In this document: positions 1 to 14,500 of the stretch, piece after piece
Layout of the letters: the number at the start of each line of letters is the position of its first letter
Position numbering within the stretch: position 1 is the first letter of the stretch
Origin: Phoronis australis
Taxonomy: Eukaryota; Animalia; Phoronida
Assembly: GCA_002633005.1 (NCBI GenBank)
Contig: NMRA01000010.1
Location: 209,846-273,845 of the forward strand
Length of the DNA: 64,000 nucleotides
Reading direction: 5' to 3'
Notes under the pieces: model-generated
The model's input: only the letters and a program-made list of their open reading frames with translations
What the model was told of the DNA's origin: nothing
The model's database searches: none
Made by a program: the position numbers and the translations under genes

Positions 1-267
1 GACGGCAATTTAGGTGAGATGGCATCTCCTGCACTGAAATACACTACAAAAGGGAATTAGACGCACACTCATTCGTTTTTCGAGAAATATTTCTGTAATG
101 GGCCAGTGGTAGACGGAGAGTTTCTAGCTCAACTGGGTCGAGCCAGCACTGTGACGTAAAGGCGCAAAGGTACGATTGCACTAAAGACTGAATTAGCTCA
201 TTCCACGCCTTGACATGAGCTGTGAGCTCATCCGACTCACTTAATGGGGTAGTCAATTGTGCTCGTA

Positions 268-910
268 CAGTGGCGGATCTAGGATACCATAAGGGGGGGG
301 GCAATATGTTGCCTCGGGGAATTGGGCAAAGGGCATTAGGCAAAGCGCATTGGGCAAAGCGCTACTATATGTGCACAGGGGCCCCGAAAGTTGCGGGGGC
401 CGGGAATGTGAGCCTCCTGTTCGGAAAACCTATCGGTGGACTAAAAAAAACGGGAACGCGTTCCGCCGCTATCTGGGGTCTGAGCCCCTCCTTTTCACCT
501 GACGGTTGCTGCTTCACTTTGCTTGCTGCAGCCAAAGGGGGGCCTATGTCGTAGCTAATCTTCTGCCGGGCTGACCCTTTCGCAACACCTCGGATATTTT
601 GGTAGACTCAAATGTCTCCTCGTAGGTGAACTTCATCTGTGCATGTCCGAAATTCAGTCATACGGTCACTTATTGTACAGATTGAAAATCACACGACTTG
701 CTGCATGACTGAAGTCCACACTTGCACGGATATACGTTCACCAGGAAAGTTGAGGTTACAAAAATACCCGAGGTCTAGTTGTGCTCCACTGGATGGCGCT
801 CANCCAGGATTTTGTTCGTCAGACATTCGCACTCCCGAACTGCCAATTGTAATCTGGGAGAATTTTAGGGTGGGCATGGCCCCCTTGGCCCCCCTCTAAA
901 TCCGCCACTG
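268..910. mobile_element. GC-rich MITE(s) with CAGTGGCGGAT(C/T)TAG termini
   Basis: Inverted termini at 268 and 896-910; N at 803 and no matching TSD, so it may be two joined elements. 804-910 is an inverted homolog of 15216-15347. Confidence 0.5.
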
Positions 911-1204
911 GGCGCTGACCATTCTTTTACATGAGAGAGACCAGTTGATCGAAGCTTTCCGTCAGCGCTTGCCCTAAGTGTCGCTTGGTATGGGATCAAC
1001 TTGATGAACACTTGCCACGTGACTAGCACATTTTCTTTCCCGAACGTCCATTTTGTGTTTAGTACCAACTCAACATCCTAAAACTTTTTGAGGCATGTTA
1101 TATAAAACATTGATCTCCAGTGATAAATGATGATAACGTTACTGACGTTTATTAACACGTAACACATCCAGTTTTCTTTCACATTTCCAAACAATTTGAT
1201 TCAG

Positions 1205-4200
1205 TGGACCTTGAAAACAGTTCAAAAATCTTTGACACAGCGCATCATGTACTCTGGAAAACGAGGGAAATCTCAGGTAGTACACGTATTTATATTAATG
1301 AGAAACACTAGATGAACAAGAAATGAAATTGCGGTGTTTATGTCTTTAGTTTTATTCCTTACAATTCTTCTCAGTTGTGTCCAATGTAATCCACCCATCA
1401 ACTGTCCATGTGTCTTCGTACGTTATTTTATTTGTGTCACATGAAGCAAAAACGCAGCCTCAAGCGAAAACAGCACATTCTTGACGGCTTGTCAAATATT
1501 AATAATGCATTGCCTTGATAGTGCAAAACAATTAGCCTCCAGTCCCTCAGGCTCTGGCGTCGAACGTTTATGATCAGCACTTGATTATTCATGAAAAACA
1601 TATGATTAATTTTCCTTTAAAATGTCACATCACGTCATGAGCATATTTTTGAGAATCTTATTATTTATATGCTTCAAAGCGATTACTCAATTGACTTTGT
1701 TAAGAACCTGAAAGGGTGTCGGAGTGGAAAATCAAAAGTCAGTGCGCACAATCTGGGGGGTGGGGGTGGCGGCTAAACGAATATGTATGTCTATTACGTT
1801 GGAACGCACGGTATGCATTCCATTCAAGGACTTGAGTCAGTCCCAGGTCAGTGACAATATCACGTGATTGAGACTCTTACCAGAGACACTATACCACTTT
1901 CATCGAACAACCTCGACACCGGGCTTTTCGTTTGTCCCATCTGAGGCGATACCATAGAAACGAAATACAAACCACAGAACTGAAACAACAAAAATTAATC
2001 AGATTTGACGGTTGCGTGCCTACGATAGCAGTGCCGGCAGTTGTTTAATGGTCAGAAATGTTTCAAAGCCGTTCAATTCGTACTATCAGGCAGGGCTTGA
2101 CTAGTTATGGGCCTTTGAAACCTTGAGGGCACGCACTGAGACTGTAATGCCAGTATACCAGTATAACAGCAAATCAAAATTACGTCGTTTTTTGAGAAGA
2201 GATTTGATACATGGGCGTGGGAACCGGGGGGAGGGGGCTTGGTGCAAGGGTCAAGGTGGTGAGAGAAAGGGGGGGGGGCGCCTCCCACTAAATTGACCTG
2301 AAACAGATCTCTGGAAATCTCTTCGTAGTCCAAGAAAATTTCCCGGCGATAGAAGGGATGTCAAGTCGGTAGCGCAAAACAGTAGAGCGTCACATTTAGG
2401 GGTGCTTATCATTTCGTCCACTTTCTGAACTAAGCTTACCAAAGTATGTCAATCAGGGTTATGTACTACATAACCCTGAGACTTAATAGCCAAGACTGTG
2501 TATTTTCGCCCTGCATCTACATAAAATAGATTTTATTTACGTAAAAGTACACGTTTTCTACCATTCATTCAGAATGGGTCAAGTGGTAATGTCATTTTAG
2601 TAAAACTTTGCATCTCAAGGTACATTGATAGCTAAGCAACGCTACCCGTATTTCAGTCGTTTGATACAAAGATTCAAGATGAAACATCAAAAACTTGTTA
2701 CAGTTTTCCGAAGCGTCATTTTGTTTCCGTTTTTTTAAACGAAGGTAACGAAAATCGTAAAAGCGGTACTTTTGATAGTCTCTCATACAGTAGGCAAGTT
2801 TTCTCATGAGGCCAAAGAGCTGCTTTGAGTTACGCAATTTCTGTCTGGGTCACGGTGTTGTGCCTATTCAATTACACAAAGTAAACATCTGGGCCACCAA
2901 GTTTCTTCAGAAAGCAGTTTACAAACAGAACGCATTAATTGTTTTGGTTCCGTGGTTTTCACACTTCAAATTAATGTAACTCCCGGCTCTCATAGTTCGA
3001 CAAGTTTTTTCATTCGAAGTTGCTGAAACGTTTCTTTTAGACGAAAAGTTTGTCGCGTCTGTGAAAACGCGAATTTAAAACTTAACAGTGGACAGCTATA
3101 ACCGCAAATTGGACGCATATTAACAGTCTCCCACTGCAAGAGGGATCAGGCTCGAAATCTGAAGTGCAGACGCCAACCAAGGCTGATCGTTCCCGACCGT
3201 AATGAGCGAGGAAAACTCTGGTTACTCGTCTCAAACGGAAACTTAGCACTTAGTTGTTCACTGTGGCTTCATTTGCCAGAAGAGCTTTGCCCATTCCATT
3301 TGGCGGTTTGTCGAATTCAGAGGATGTACATAAAGCAGAAGTTTACGTCACACATGTTGATACTTCCCATGGAGCACGCAGATATTTTAAGACTGGTCTG
3401 TACTCCGCTTGTTAGCCACAGCACGTCACCCAATGAATATAATTTTGACAGGGACTCGAACCCAGAACCTTCTCCTCACCGTACGTAGGCTATTCATATA
3501 CTTACCATACGATGGAGGTTTAAAACTTACACTATCTGGCGATGTTTTCAGGCCAACGTGACCAGTATTCAGAGTACGTGGATATTCTGAGAGGTGCAGT
3601 GGCCGACATGGATGAATCCGCAAAGTCTGATGCTGGCCATCAACGTGGCGACTTCATCCTGGGATGCACATACAAGGGATATGAGTGTTACGGAAGGTAG
3701 ATTTTACCATTGAGGTTCATTGGTCTATGATTTTATCCACACCAATACGAGCATGCGCACACATAGCCTGAACTCACAGCTAGTATTCGAAGTATGGGGG
3801 TCGATCTCCATGGTTGTCTTCCGTATAGTAGGTGTAAGAAACTGGCGCAAACAAAAGAAATACAGTCTTTATGAAATATTGCCATGCATTAGAAGCAAAG
3901 TACGTGATCGCTCTTGCATTTCTAGTGTTCTGCGCATCCACTGTGTGCAACCAGTGAGTTGAGTTTGTTTTGCACCAAGTGTCGTTGTAAGCATTGGTAA
4001 TGGTCTTGAAAATTAAGGTATTTTTTAAAATCCTTGAAAAGGTTGTAACCCGAATTTTTAAGATTCAAAACAACATGACTAATCTTTTGGGTAGAAAGTT
4101 AAAACCGAATCATAAAGGAAACGAAAAATCAATGTAAGATTCAAATCGCCTCAGCAGACTCAAAAGTGTGGACTGTTGTAATAATTATGTTTTAACTCTT

Positions 4201-7200
4201 AAAACACGTGTGCTAAGTTTAGACGTGTAATTAGTTATAAAATAAATGATCTGATTAGAAGGCAGATCAGGAGTAGTGTTTACCATGGCATCTCATCTGC
4301 CGTCTTACGAGAAATTAAGAATTGAGTCGAAAAGTGGACCCTCCACATCCGCACATTAACTACTAAACTGCGTTTTTTAAGGAAATTAGATAAAAAGTAA
4401 AAAAATGATGTTAACTCAGAAGCGACAAAAAATTGTTCCACGTATGCATTATTGCAAACTGACGCTATTTCCGAATCTTCATTATTGTGCGATATCTCGC
4501 TGACCTAATTCGGACTGTTGACCTAAATTTTGAGGGTCAAGCATTACGGTAGACTTATCTGCATAACAAATTTCTACACTAACACTTCATGGACAGATGA
4601 CCAAAAAACGCCAATACATGCAGGTTTGACACTCGGGCACTTAGAAAACAGTGTCCATGACATATAAATTTCATTGGGACGGCGGGTCCGACGTCCGATC
4701 TGACTTCTGATAGCCGGCATGTGAAGGTGTTGAATTTCATAGAAATACGAAATCTTTCCTTTAGTGATGTCATGGAATTTTTCGACCCCATATATGGCAA
4801 CTGCTTCACTTTCAATGGTGCTGACGGCTCGCCTCAGAAAGATTACATGAGAGCGCACTCTACTGGACCAGATTCCGGTAAGTTCCTAATTGTGTAAATA
4901 CATAAGCATTGAAGTTTAGGAAGTGGATGTAAATTAGTCAGCGCTAGGCCTATTTTGAATCATTGTTCAATGATGAGCTTGTTTATCTAAACATCTGTGT
5001 ACACAATCCGCTTAGCCGTTAATCGACTGCCTTATACAACTGAACTTTACGACACGTCTGATTTTGCTCCGACTTTCCTCTGTCGAGCTGCGTGTCATTT
5101 TTTGATACGAGACGATGTGAAATCGTGGAAATGGGGCATGTACCGTATTAACAATACTTTTTCTGATAACGCTCCCATTCTTTAGCGTTCCACGATCGGT
5201 GTGTGTGTTTGTGTGAGTACGCCAAAGTCATGTAAGGAACTGTAGGCAACGGGATAATCTGGCTATGTAAGCTAAATGATCGAGATATCTGAGATTTTTG
5301 TCGGTTAGCGATCAGTGACCCTCTAGTGAAAATGCGCGAAAACTACATGTACACAGGCACGTTGGTACAGCGTACAAACGTGTTTGAGATCGCTGACGCT
5401 GACGAGTCACCAGCGAGCTATTACCTATTTGCTCAAATAGCCCAGGTTTTAAACACTCTATTTCTTCAGTTTGTTGTAATCAAAATGTTCATCCCTCACA
5501 GTATAGTTACTTATTTGTTTCCCATATTTCAGGACTCACATTAATGTTGAATATAGAACAGAGTGAATACCTTCCTTTCACTCAATCTGCTGGCGTGCGC
5601 TTGGTCGTCCATAATGACACTGTTATGCCGTTTCCAGCGGACGAAGGTATAAATCTTGAACCCGGGAAACTCACTATGGTTGGAATGAGACAGGTAATAA
5701 ATCACAGGGCGAGATCTATCTTTTATTGTTTTGTAAACATGGTGTAAACATGGTGTAAACATGGTAATTGGAAAAGAAACGAAAGAAATACGTGATGTTT
5801 TATAATGTTTGTTCGGCAATTGTTAAATAAAAAATCGTGCTAGAGCCGCCTACAAACAGTCGAGTTTCGTGTTCTCGACAACATTTGATCACCACAAATT
5901 TTGACAACTGGAAATGCTAAACTTTGAGTATTTTGATATCGCAATGCTTCCTGTTGACGTGACTTTTTGGTTCGGTTTTATGAAAATCATGGGCCTACAA
6001 ATCATGGAAACACTAGCAGTGTCACCAACGCCACCACGCGGTTGAACAATCATGCTGTTGACGCAATGTAACAGCTACACTTAAAGCCCCTAAAACCATG
6101 TTCTGGTGTCAAAAACGATTTTCTTCACAGGGTATGCTCTTCCAAGATGTTTTTATTCTTTTGAACGGAAATCGATAAGGTTACAGCCATACTGCTTTTG
6201 TGACTGAAATTAAAGCCACCGTTGCAAACTCCATGATGTTTATCAGAAGCAACAACAAACCGTCATTTCTTCCCAGACCTATAAGTCATTTCTAATCTGA
6301 GTAATGAAAAACGTGAGTCTGGTTTCTGATAGTAAATGGTCTAAATCAAAAGTTTGTTGGCATAAGGCGCAAGTTTGTTGCACCTTGGAGACTTGACTGT
6401 AGACAAAATTCATGATTTAATCAAATAAAACGAATTTTTCATATCAGTCTTTAACAAAACCATTGTGACAAAATGTATAACACTAAAACCTAGATTTGCT
6501 TTCATCATTTTCAAACTTGTTTCAAACTTTTGACATGGTTTACAAAGGCTATTCCAAGACCTATTCAGCATTGTTATGTTTCAAATTTCAGTTAAGATTC
6601 CGCTGTTAAATGTATATTTAGCATCCTTATTTAAAATTCCATTTTGTAGATCTGATTGTGTTAATAAACTGGCTTTTTTACGATATATTGGGACATGTCC
6701 GCGAGGACTTCTTCTTGTTTACCACCGTGAGAGGCTAATCATATTTTTTATTTTGTTAAACGCAGATCCAGATTATCCGAAAAGGAAACCCGCATGGGGT
6801 ATGCATTGACCCAACGTCATACAACGGGGATCGTAATTTGTATGAGGACAAATTCCGTGTGCGGTACACATACCAGGCAAGTGGCTTACTAGGAATAACC
6901 TTAGACGCCTCTCGCATTTAACCGGTTTGGTAGTCCGCCATACTCTGCTAAGGAACGTGGTAACATCTCGTAAACAAAAAGGGGAANGGGGGGGGGGGGC
7001 TGCCACATACTGGTGGTGTCCACACACCACAGTTCATTTGACAACGCTAACACTGTTTTCATGCAACCGAGAATGCGTTCATCGGCTTTCACCCCAACCT
7101 CTCCAGCGAAGTTTTGGGCACATCAGAAGCTTGATGGCACCGTTACAGGTTTTAATGAGCAAGTCGCTATTCATGGTCTTGGCAGGTGTATTGCATAATT

Positions 7201-8489
7201 GCTGTCGTATCAAGTGGGTACGGGTTTTAAAGAAGCCTGGATTCCAACGCGTAAAATTGACTAAATTACAGTATTCAAAGTGGTTCAATGCCTCTGAAAC
7301 AGAAGTCAAACTGTTCACCAGGTATTTTTTACAATTTTTTCGTAAAGATTTCGAAATTCTGTTGATGTCAAAGCAATTTCTTTTTAGTTTCAAATTTCAA
7401 AAAATACGATCTGTTGACTCCTCGTCGTTTCCTTATTTGATTTGGCAAGACATAGAAGCATCACACCACCCTCATATGAAAAATGTGACCTTTGTCCTTA
7501 AAGAAAACGATGGCGATTTCAAGCATCAGCCAGTTGTCTTCTTGAGCGCATGCACGGATATATATCATTGGAGGCGGAGAATTTGAGACTGTATTGGTAC
7601 GACACAGTGAATTTGGCGATTTTTTTTTTAGAAATTCTTGCAATATTCAAAGTGAATGTCTCTCACGTTAGACAAAAAATTATATTGGTCACGATTTTTT
7701 AAAAGGTAATTTTGCGAGTTTTAGCGTTCCATGCCTCTTTAAAGTAAAAAAAAAACGAAAGAAAACGAACAATAATTAAGGCAAACAACCAATATGACTT
7801 CGAATTCTTAAAATCGGTGCATTATTAGAGAAATAAGCGAACAGTTTTTCTTCAGCAGCACGGCTAAGTCACGAGCATTAATTTACTTTACTTTTATGAA
7901 AGAACAGGCAAAGTACGTCTGGCTTATTAGCGTTGGGGTGACTAAAGGCCAAACGTTAGCGTGTGAGTTGCCTCATATATCACAGCCAATCCGCTTGAAT
8001 TTCTCCCACAATGATTAATAATGGGTGAACTAGGACGACATGAGATCTAATTGTCACCTTTATTCGAACAATTCGGAACACAATCGTGTTGACTGACGCG
8101 GTATTGGTTCTATCCACGGACGCTTTAATTTGCGAACTCCGATCGACCTGCATCTGACTTGGTCGCAGAGCCCTCATGCGACTGAAATTACCAAAGGTAC
8201 CCTATAGGGACGGAAGGTGTGACATCTTCGTAATGAGGTAGTCCAGGAAATTCCTACATCTTGAATTGTTCCTAACATTGGCCACTTCTCTATAAGAAAT
8301 TATACTGGAACAAAAGAATGGAACGATGCTAATCCGTTCCATTCACAAATGGTGTGGCATAAGTTTCAGATTTAAGAAAATACTTTTTGTTGAATTCTGC
8401 CGCTACTAGCTACTCCAAATCCAAGAAAAAATGGTGGTTGCCTACACGAAACAATGTTTGGCAAACGCTTTGAATCAGGTGAAACGAGT

Positions 8490-8562
<73 letters not shown>

Positions 8563-11500
8563 CACGAACGACAATATATGTCGAGTGCGACAATTTATGT
8601 TACAAGAAAGCTTCCCTTCGGATGAAGGGGTCCTTCCTACTCACGAAATCTGCGAAGTAGTCAGTGTACAGACTTGCCATTCAAAATGGCCCACATGTAT
8701 ATCGAGCAGGTTTTGATTTTGATTTTCTAAGTATTTGTGTACCTTTTTTCTCGTGTTGGCGAAAGTACTTACGTTTTCTAGGTGTGCCTCTAGGGTCTGA
8801 AGTACAGATATTCAAACAAGACACTCGACTACACTTGTAAACTTGAGTGTGAACAATATGTCGATGAGACGATATTTAGCCAACAGATAACAAATGAACA
8901 GTTGTTAGCAGCGTTTTCATAAAACCGACATGTACAACTACATGTTCATCGATTTTCTTGCGTTTAGTTGTTTTTTGCTTTTGTTTACGTAAAAATCTTC
9001 AAGGTCAATGATCCTTGAGTACCCCGACTATTGAACCACATTCATGATTGTCAAGCAATTTTTGGAAGACGAGAGAGGAATCCAAACCCACCTGCGTGTG
9101 TGCTGTCTACTCTGCATTTCTGGATTAAAATATTCTCGCACGGCAGTTCACCGCTCGATTTCGTCCCCAATGAAATCCTTATTCTAGATAGGTTAGTTCT
9201 CCAATGAATGTAGTTCGGCCCTTCACCTACTTTTCGCGCATCCACTGAGGATATTAGCCCTATGTTTTTTAAAGCCGGCTTTGATCACTCGGCACTGCCC
9301 GCGACGGCCACTTTCACAGCATCGACGCCAAGCGACGACACAGCTAATGACCTTGCCGCCTCGAATTCGCCGAGTTGACTTTGACTGGCAGCCTCTGTTA
9401 GAACTAGGCGACTAATTATTAAATCCCAAAACTGCTGTTGTTTTCTAACTCTGGTCGAATCTAATGACTTCAACAATTCAAATCTACTAAAATAACCTTC
9501 AAAATGCTAAGTGTTTCCCTTGCCTACTCATCTCAATAGCTTCGTTCAGTTTTGTCGCATGGACGTCAATCAAAACATGTTTGGTAGTCTACAGAAGTAG
9601 TTATCGTAAAACGTACAACGTAGGATTAAGACTGATATACGCATGCGCGCACCCGGGGGAGGGAGGGGAAGTGGGCAAAAAGGTCTGCCTCATAAAAACA
9701 AAAACTCCGAAAAAGGTAGAACACGAGACAAAAGTCCACTAAAAACCGGGCAGGAACTACCAAGATGCGGAGAAGGCACCATAACTATGAACGCCTCGTG
9801 GATAATAGTAAAAAATTCACATTCTGAAAAATTCGAACCCTCCATTTTCTAGGCAGGGTGCGCGCGTGATACGTACCATCAAGTTTGTTAAAATGATCAG
9901 CTATTATAAAGATTCTTTTTATGCCAGCAGTACAAAAAATCATAAATAAAATCTGCGTTTTTCAAAAACCTTTGTTCTTTACAGGCATGTAAAAAGACCT
10001 GCTACCAGAAAGCCATAACAGAAAGATGCAAATGTTTTGATCCTCATTATCCTACGACAGTGAATGTGTCAGATACGTTAAAGGCGTGCAGATATGGCAC
10101 TATTGAACAAGGTGAGTTCTTAATTGACTTCTGTACTGTTGGGGCCTCAAGATTCGTTGGCAAGTAATATAATTATTCAAAATATATCAATCAATACAAT
10201 TGATTTTTGAGACATACATGCCTACATGCGCACACCCAGCCTAAAATATAGGGGGCTCGAATTTTTCGGTATGCGGACCTTCTACTGACGAAAATCAACG
10301 AGGACTAAATACAAAAAAAAGCAGGCCACTAGGTTTTCTCCTGCGAATTGTGCAACTGGGCAGAATATTCCTGTGGACTTTTGTCTTGTTTACTTGGACT
10401 TTTTGTTTCGCTCAGGCGGACATTTTTGTACAATTCGTGCCCCCTTGGGTGCGCACATCACATATTCGCCTTTGCTATTGCCACACGCGTTTCGTAAGCG
10501 TCCAGAACTCGCAAAAATGCAGGACTGCGAGATGTTGTCGACTATCATGTATTGTAAGAGAAGAACGTGACCACGCTAGCTTCCTTTGCGAGATCCTCCG
10601 TTATCTTTGTCCAAAGTTTTAAGGAGAATATGACCACTATAGACGCACTGACCGGCCGGTGTATTAGAAGTTGCCAAAATGGCAGTACTTGGAAACCAGT
10701 TAATAATGAATCTGCAATTTGAAAGTGCTGTCAAGAATTTTCAAAACGATGCAGGGTGGCCTCAATAAATAACCAGTTATTCCTGCACGTGTTGGCTCTA
10801 AAATTTCAAAGTTTCTGAGGACATGTGCAAGGCTCTGTATTAAATGTCGTTACTGAAACTTTTCTGAGTATTGATACAAATTATAGAAATCTGTTGTTAA
10901 TATAGCCACTTAAAAATTCAATTCGCCCTGTTTAGCCGGGTTAAAAGGACCAATTCTTTTTTTACTTTAAGTACCTAAACGGGGCGAAACGCGGGTTTAA
11001 AAACTCACAAAGGACAATCCATTTGACATTAGTTTTAATTTGACATTGAGTTTTTTAAATTTTCATATTTTGTATTTTGGTCTTTGCATACTACAAATTT
11101 GCACACGAATGCGGGCATTTTTCCGTTACAGCCGCCTAAACAAGGTCACCTCTGCCAAAATGTGAAATTTACATGAGATGTCGCTGGATGAATATTACGT
11201 CATCTTGCTGGGATTGATTGAAAGAAGTTTGGTTGGTGGGGACAATCAAAGAAGTTTCGTCTTTGATAAATTTGAATCAAGTCAAACCTAATGCCTACAC
11301 ACGGGTTTGCACTTCATTGTGAATCTTTATTGAGCGCTCTATAGCCATACGTCGAAATAATAAAATACATAACCAACATTTTTTTAACTAAATAACTTGT
11401 GAGTTGAAATAAAAATCATATTCAAGTATTTATAACTTATTCAGTGTTGCAAAACAGCGACTGTTTTGCCTTTTTGGCAAAATGTGTCGTATCTCTGTAG

Positions 11501-14500
11501 CTTCATTCAAATGCTTCAGTCAAAAAGACACTCGACCGAATCCCGTGCGCGAATATCGTACCGGCGTTCTTTCACAGCCGGGACTCACAACGTAGAGACG
11601 GTGCCATGAGCTCAGCATCGTTGCAGTTATACAGTATGGCGGACATCGCGAAATCGATCCATTTAACGGTGAATAACGTACACGCAGTTTAGGCTTTGGA
11701 ACGTAGATTCAGTGTTTTCATGCTGTGACTATGACAACATGAATTCGTCAATCATCTGAGATTAATAGTACTAGCACAGCGAAGATGGCAAAGATAGTGT
11801 CACAACCCCCTTGGTCATTGCAAAAATAGCTTTACGAGTGATTAGAGATATTATCGCAGCCAACTAGGCCAAAGCGGAGCAATGTTTCATGTTCATTTGT
11901 AAAAAGCTCTTAAAAGTCTAATTCCATGGAATAAGAACTTTTGTTTAGTATTTTGGTTTCTGATATCAAACACGTTATAACAAAAGTACCCCTTCCCACA
12001 AGAGTGGAGTCTGGGGTGGTTTACAAGCTTCCTGTGGCTTGGGGCCTAAGGCTGTAATTTGTTCATAGGATATCGCAAATACTGACGGCAACATTCGGAT
12101 AGCCAAATTTAGTGCTCTACTTCTCAACACGTAGCCTCGTGTCTATTATGAATTGCCAAAAGATTATTTAATGAGCACATTTCTGCAAATTGAAATTTGG
12201 ATATTCAACGCGCACTTTATCTGAGTCAACATTAGTTATTCAACGCGCTGAATTGGTTCTAAACCAAAACCTTTCTACGCTTATTCAACGAGTATTTTTT
12301 AATCAGTTCATATACACTTTATTCACACAGTCGCCTCTTTTTAGGTTTAAAAGCAATGCATTTGAAAGCTCTGCACTGTGATTAAGCGCTGAATGCATTG
12401 TCTTTATACCTAAGGAGGCTCACTTTTGAAATGGCGACTGCGTGAATAAGATGTGTAGCCCAAAAATGTCCATGCTCTCAAATCTCAAAATGGCAGACGA
12501 CTGCATGCAAGGAGAATTTCGAAGATTGTTGCACATTTCTGTCAATTGCGCATGTAAATGATGACGCAATACTTTATTCAACGCACACTTATTTAATTCA
12601 GAGAAAAATTATGATCACTTAAGAACCAGTTCAGAACGTTGAATAACTAATTCAGCGCGTTGATTTGTCAACACTACGCTTTAAATAAGAGCACTTCAAC
12701 GCGCAGAAAGGTATTCGTTTAGAATCCTTTGGCGCTTCGTATAGTTATAGACATTGGCATAGCCAGAAATTTTCAACAGGTGGGGCAAACGGGCAATTGC
12801 TGGTGATGGGGGCCAGCTGAGTGGCAATTACGTGGAGGCAAACCTAAAATTGAAATGAGTTTGTAATGAACAGAGGGGTCATGACCCGTCCTGGTCCCCG
12901 TGGCTACGCCAGTTACAGAATTTCGAGAAAGGTCACGTGTGGCTTCCTCGTGCAATATTCCATCTGGTAATTTCAGATGAATGCAGTGAGAACATAACGC
13001 AAGATTTTGCTGACGGAAATCTCCGCTGTGATTGCCCTCTATCGTGCTCGTAAGTATTGTGTTGTTTTTTGTCTTTGAAAAAATACACACTCTGATTACT
13101 TTAAAATTCCTTGCTGAGTTTAAAAACAGTTCAGGATGGTCTTCGCCAAAAGCTACAAAATTTACTATCCGAAAAAAGCGTTGTCCATTGAAAATCTCCA
13201 AAAAATCATAGACCAAAAACTAAGGAAGATTTCTTTTAGCATAGTTGTCTAAGTGGCCGAAATACTAAGCAATAACAAACCAAAAAAGAAAAGCACTAAA
13301 TCAACAGGCTCCATAACATGACTTTAGAAAACCATCGTAATAAATGGTTAATGGGAAATCGAAATTCGCTTGTGAGGCAACAATGGCATGCTCGCTGATT
13401 CCTTGCGTGCTTAGCGTAGCCAGCACGTGCTCGCGCGGATACCGCCCCACCTAGTGACACGCAGGGAACCAGCGAGCAATGGCATGTAGACATGAGCGCC
13501 CCATGCTAAGGAGTGGCTTTCTCTTCAGATAACCCAGAGGATCAAGGGCGCTAACTAATGAATGTCGAGTTTCTCGTTCCATACACGGTATGTAGCGGTA
13601 AATAGTCCGGCGACAATGAAAAATGTCTGAAACAGGTATTTTGCAAAAATTCAGAGCATGCATTGTTTGATGGGCAAATTCCATCTCTTTCAGAGAGTCT
13701 GCATATGCTTTAACCATTTCTTCGTCACAATGGCCATCAGATAATTACAAGGTATGTTTATTCTATCTTTTAAACTGGTTGTCTAGGCTATTTCCCTTGT
13801 TTAGTAACACAGTAAGGTGGAAAAACGAACTTTCTTATTAGCACGATATGTGCACGTGGGTCTCTTCTATAAATAGATTACAAATAGCTAGGTAGTCAAC
13901 CTCGAACAACAGAAAATCACTCTTCTAGTAATCATTTGAAGAACTAGTTAGTTGTCTTAAGATTTCATGACAATTGTCGTCACGATGTTACTAAAGTAAA
14001 AAACGCCAGAAAGAAAAAAAAAACGTCAAAAAGTAACGAAAGAGAGAAAAAATCATATACATTAAGACACAATACAACGAGGACCCAACGTCAAACTTCG
14101 TAAAATATTGAGCGGCTGGAAAAATGATGCTAAACTGTCCAAACTCGCTATACATTTGTTCTATCATTTAGTTATTCATTTCACGAATGTAGACCGCCCT
14201 GTTCACTAAGCTGACGTCACTCAACAACAGTAACATTGACGCGATACTTACAAATGCCGCCGACAAGGACATATACCGACGGAACTTCTTGAAAGTAGCC
14301 GTTTACTTCGAAGATCTCAATTATGAAGAGATTGAACAGAAAGCGGCATATACGGTAATTGATTTTCTTCAGATTGCAGTATGTCAATAGGTTATACGTG
14401 AGACATTCATTATTATTATTAAAGTTGTGGTAACTAATGAAGCGTTTTTGCACGTTCTAAGCTGAACAAAATGTAGGGCTTGAGCCATCCAGAAATTTAA

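Noticed and set aside
6927-7743. 219-aa ORF in an ENaC intron
   Set aside because: Spans an N and a poly-G tract, no recognisable motif. The segment ends in a TE-like CATGCCTCT-TTAA terminus whose partner was not found.
8372-8716. ORFs with CV/HT repeats
   Set aside because: Translations of the (GT)n microsatellite.
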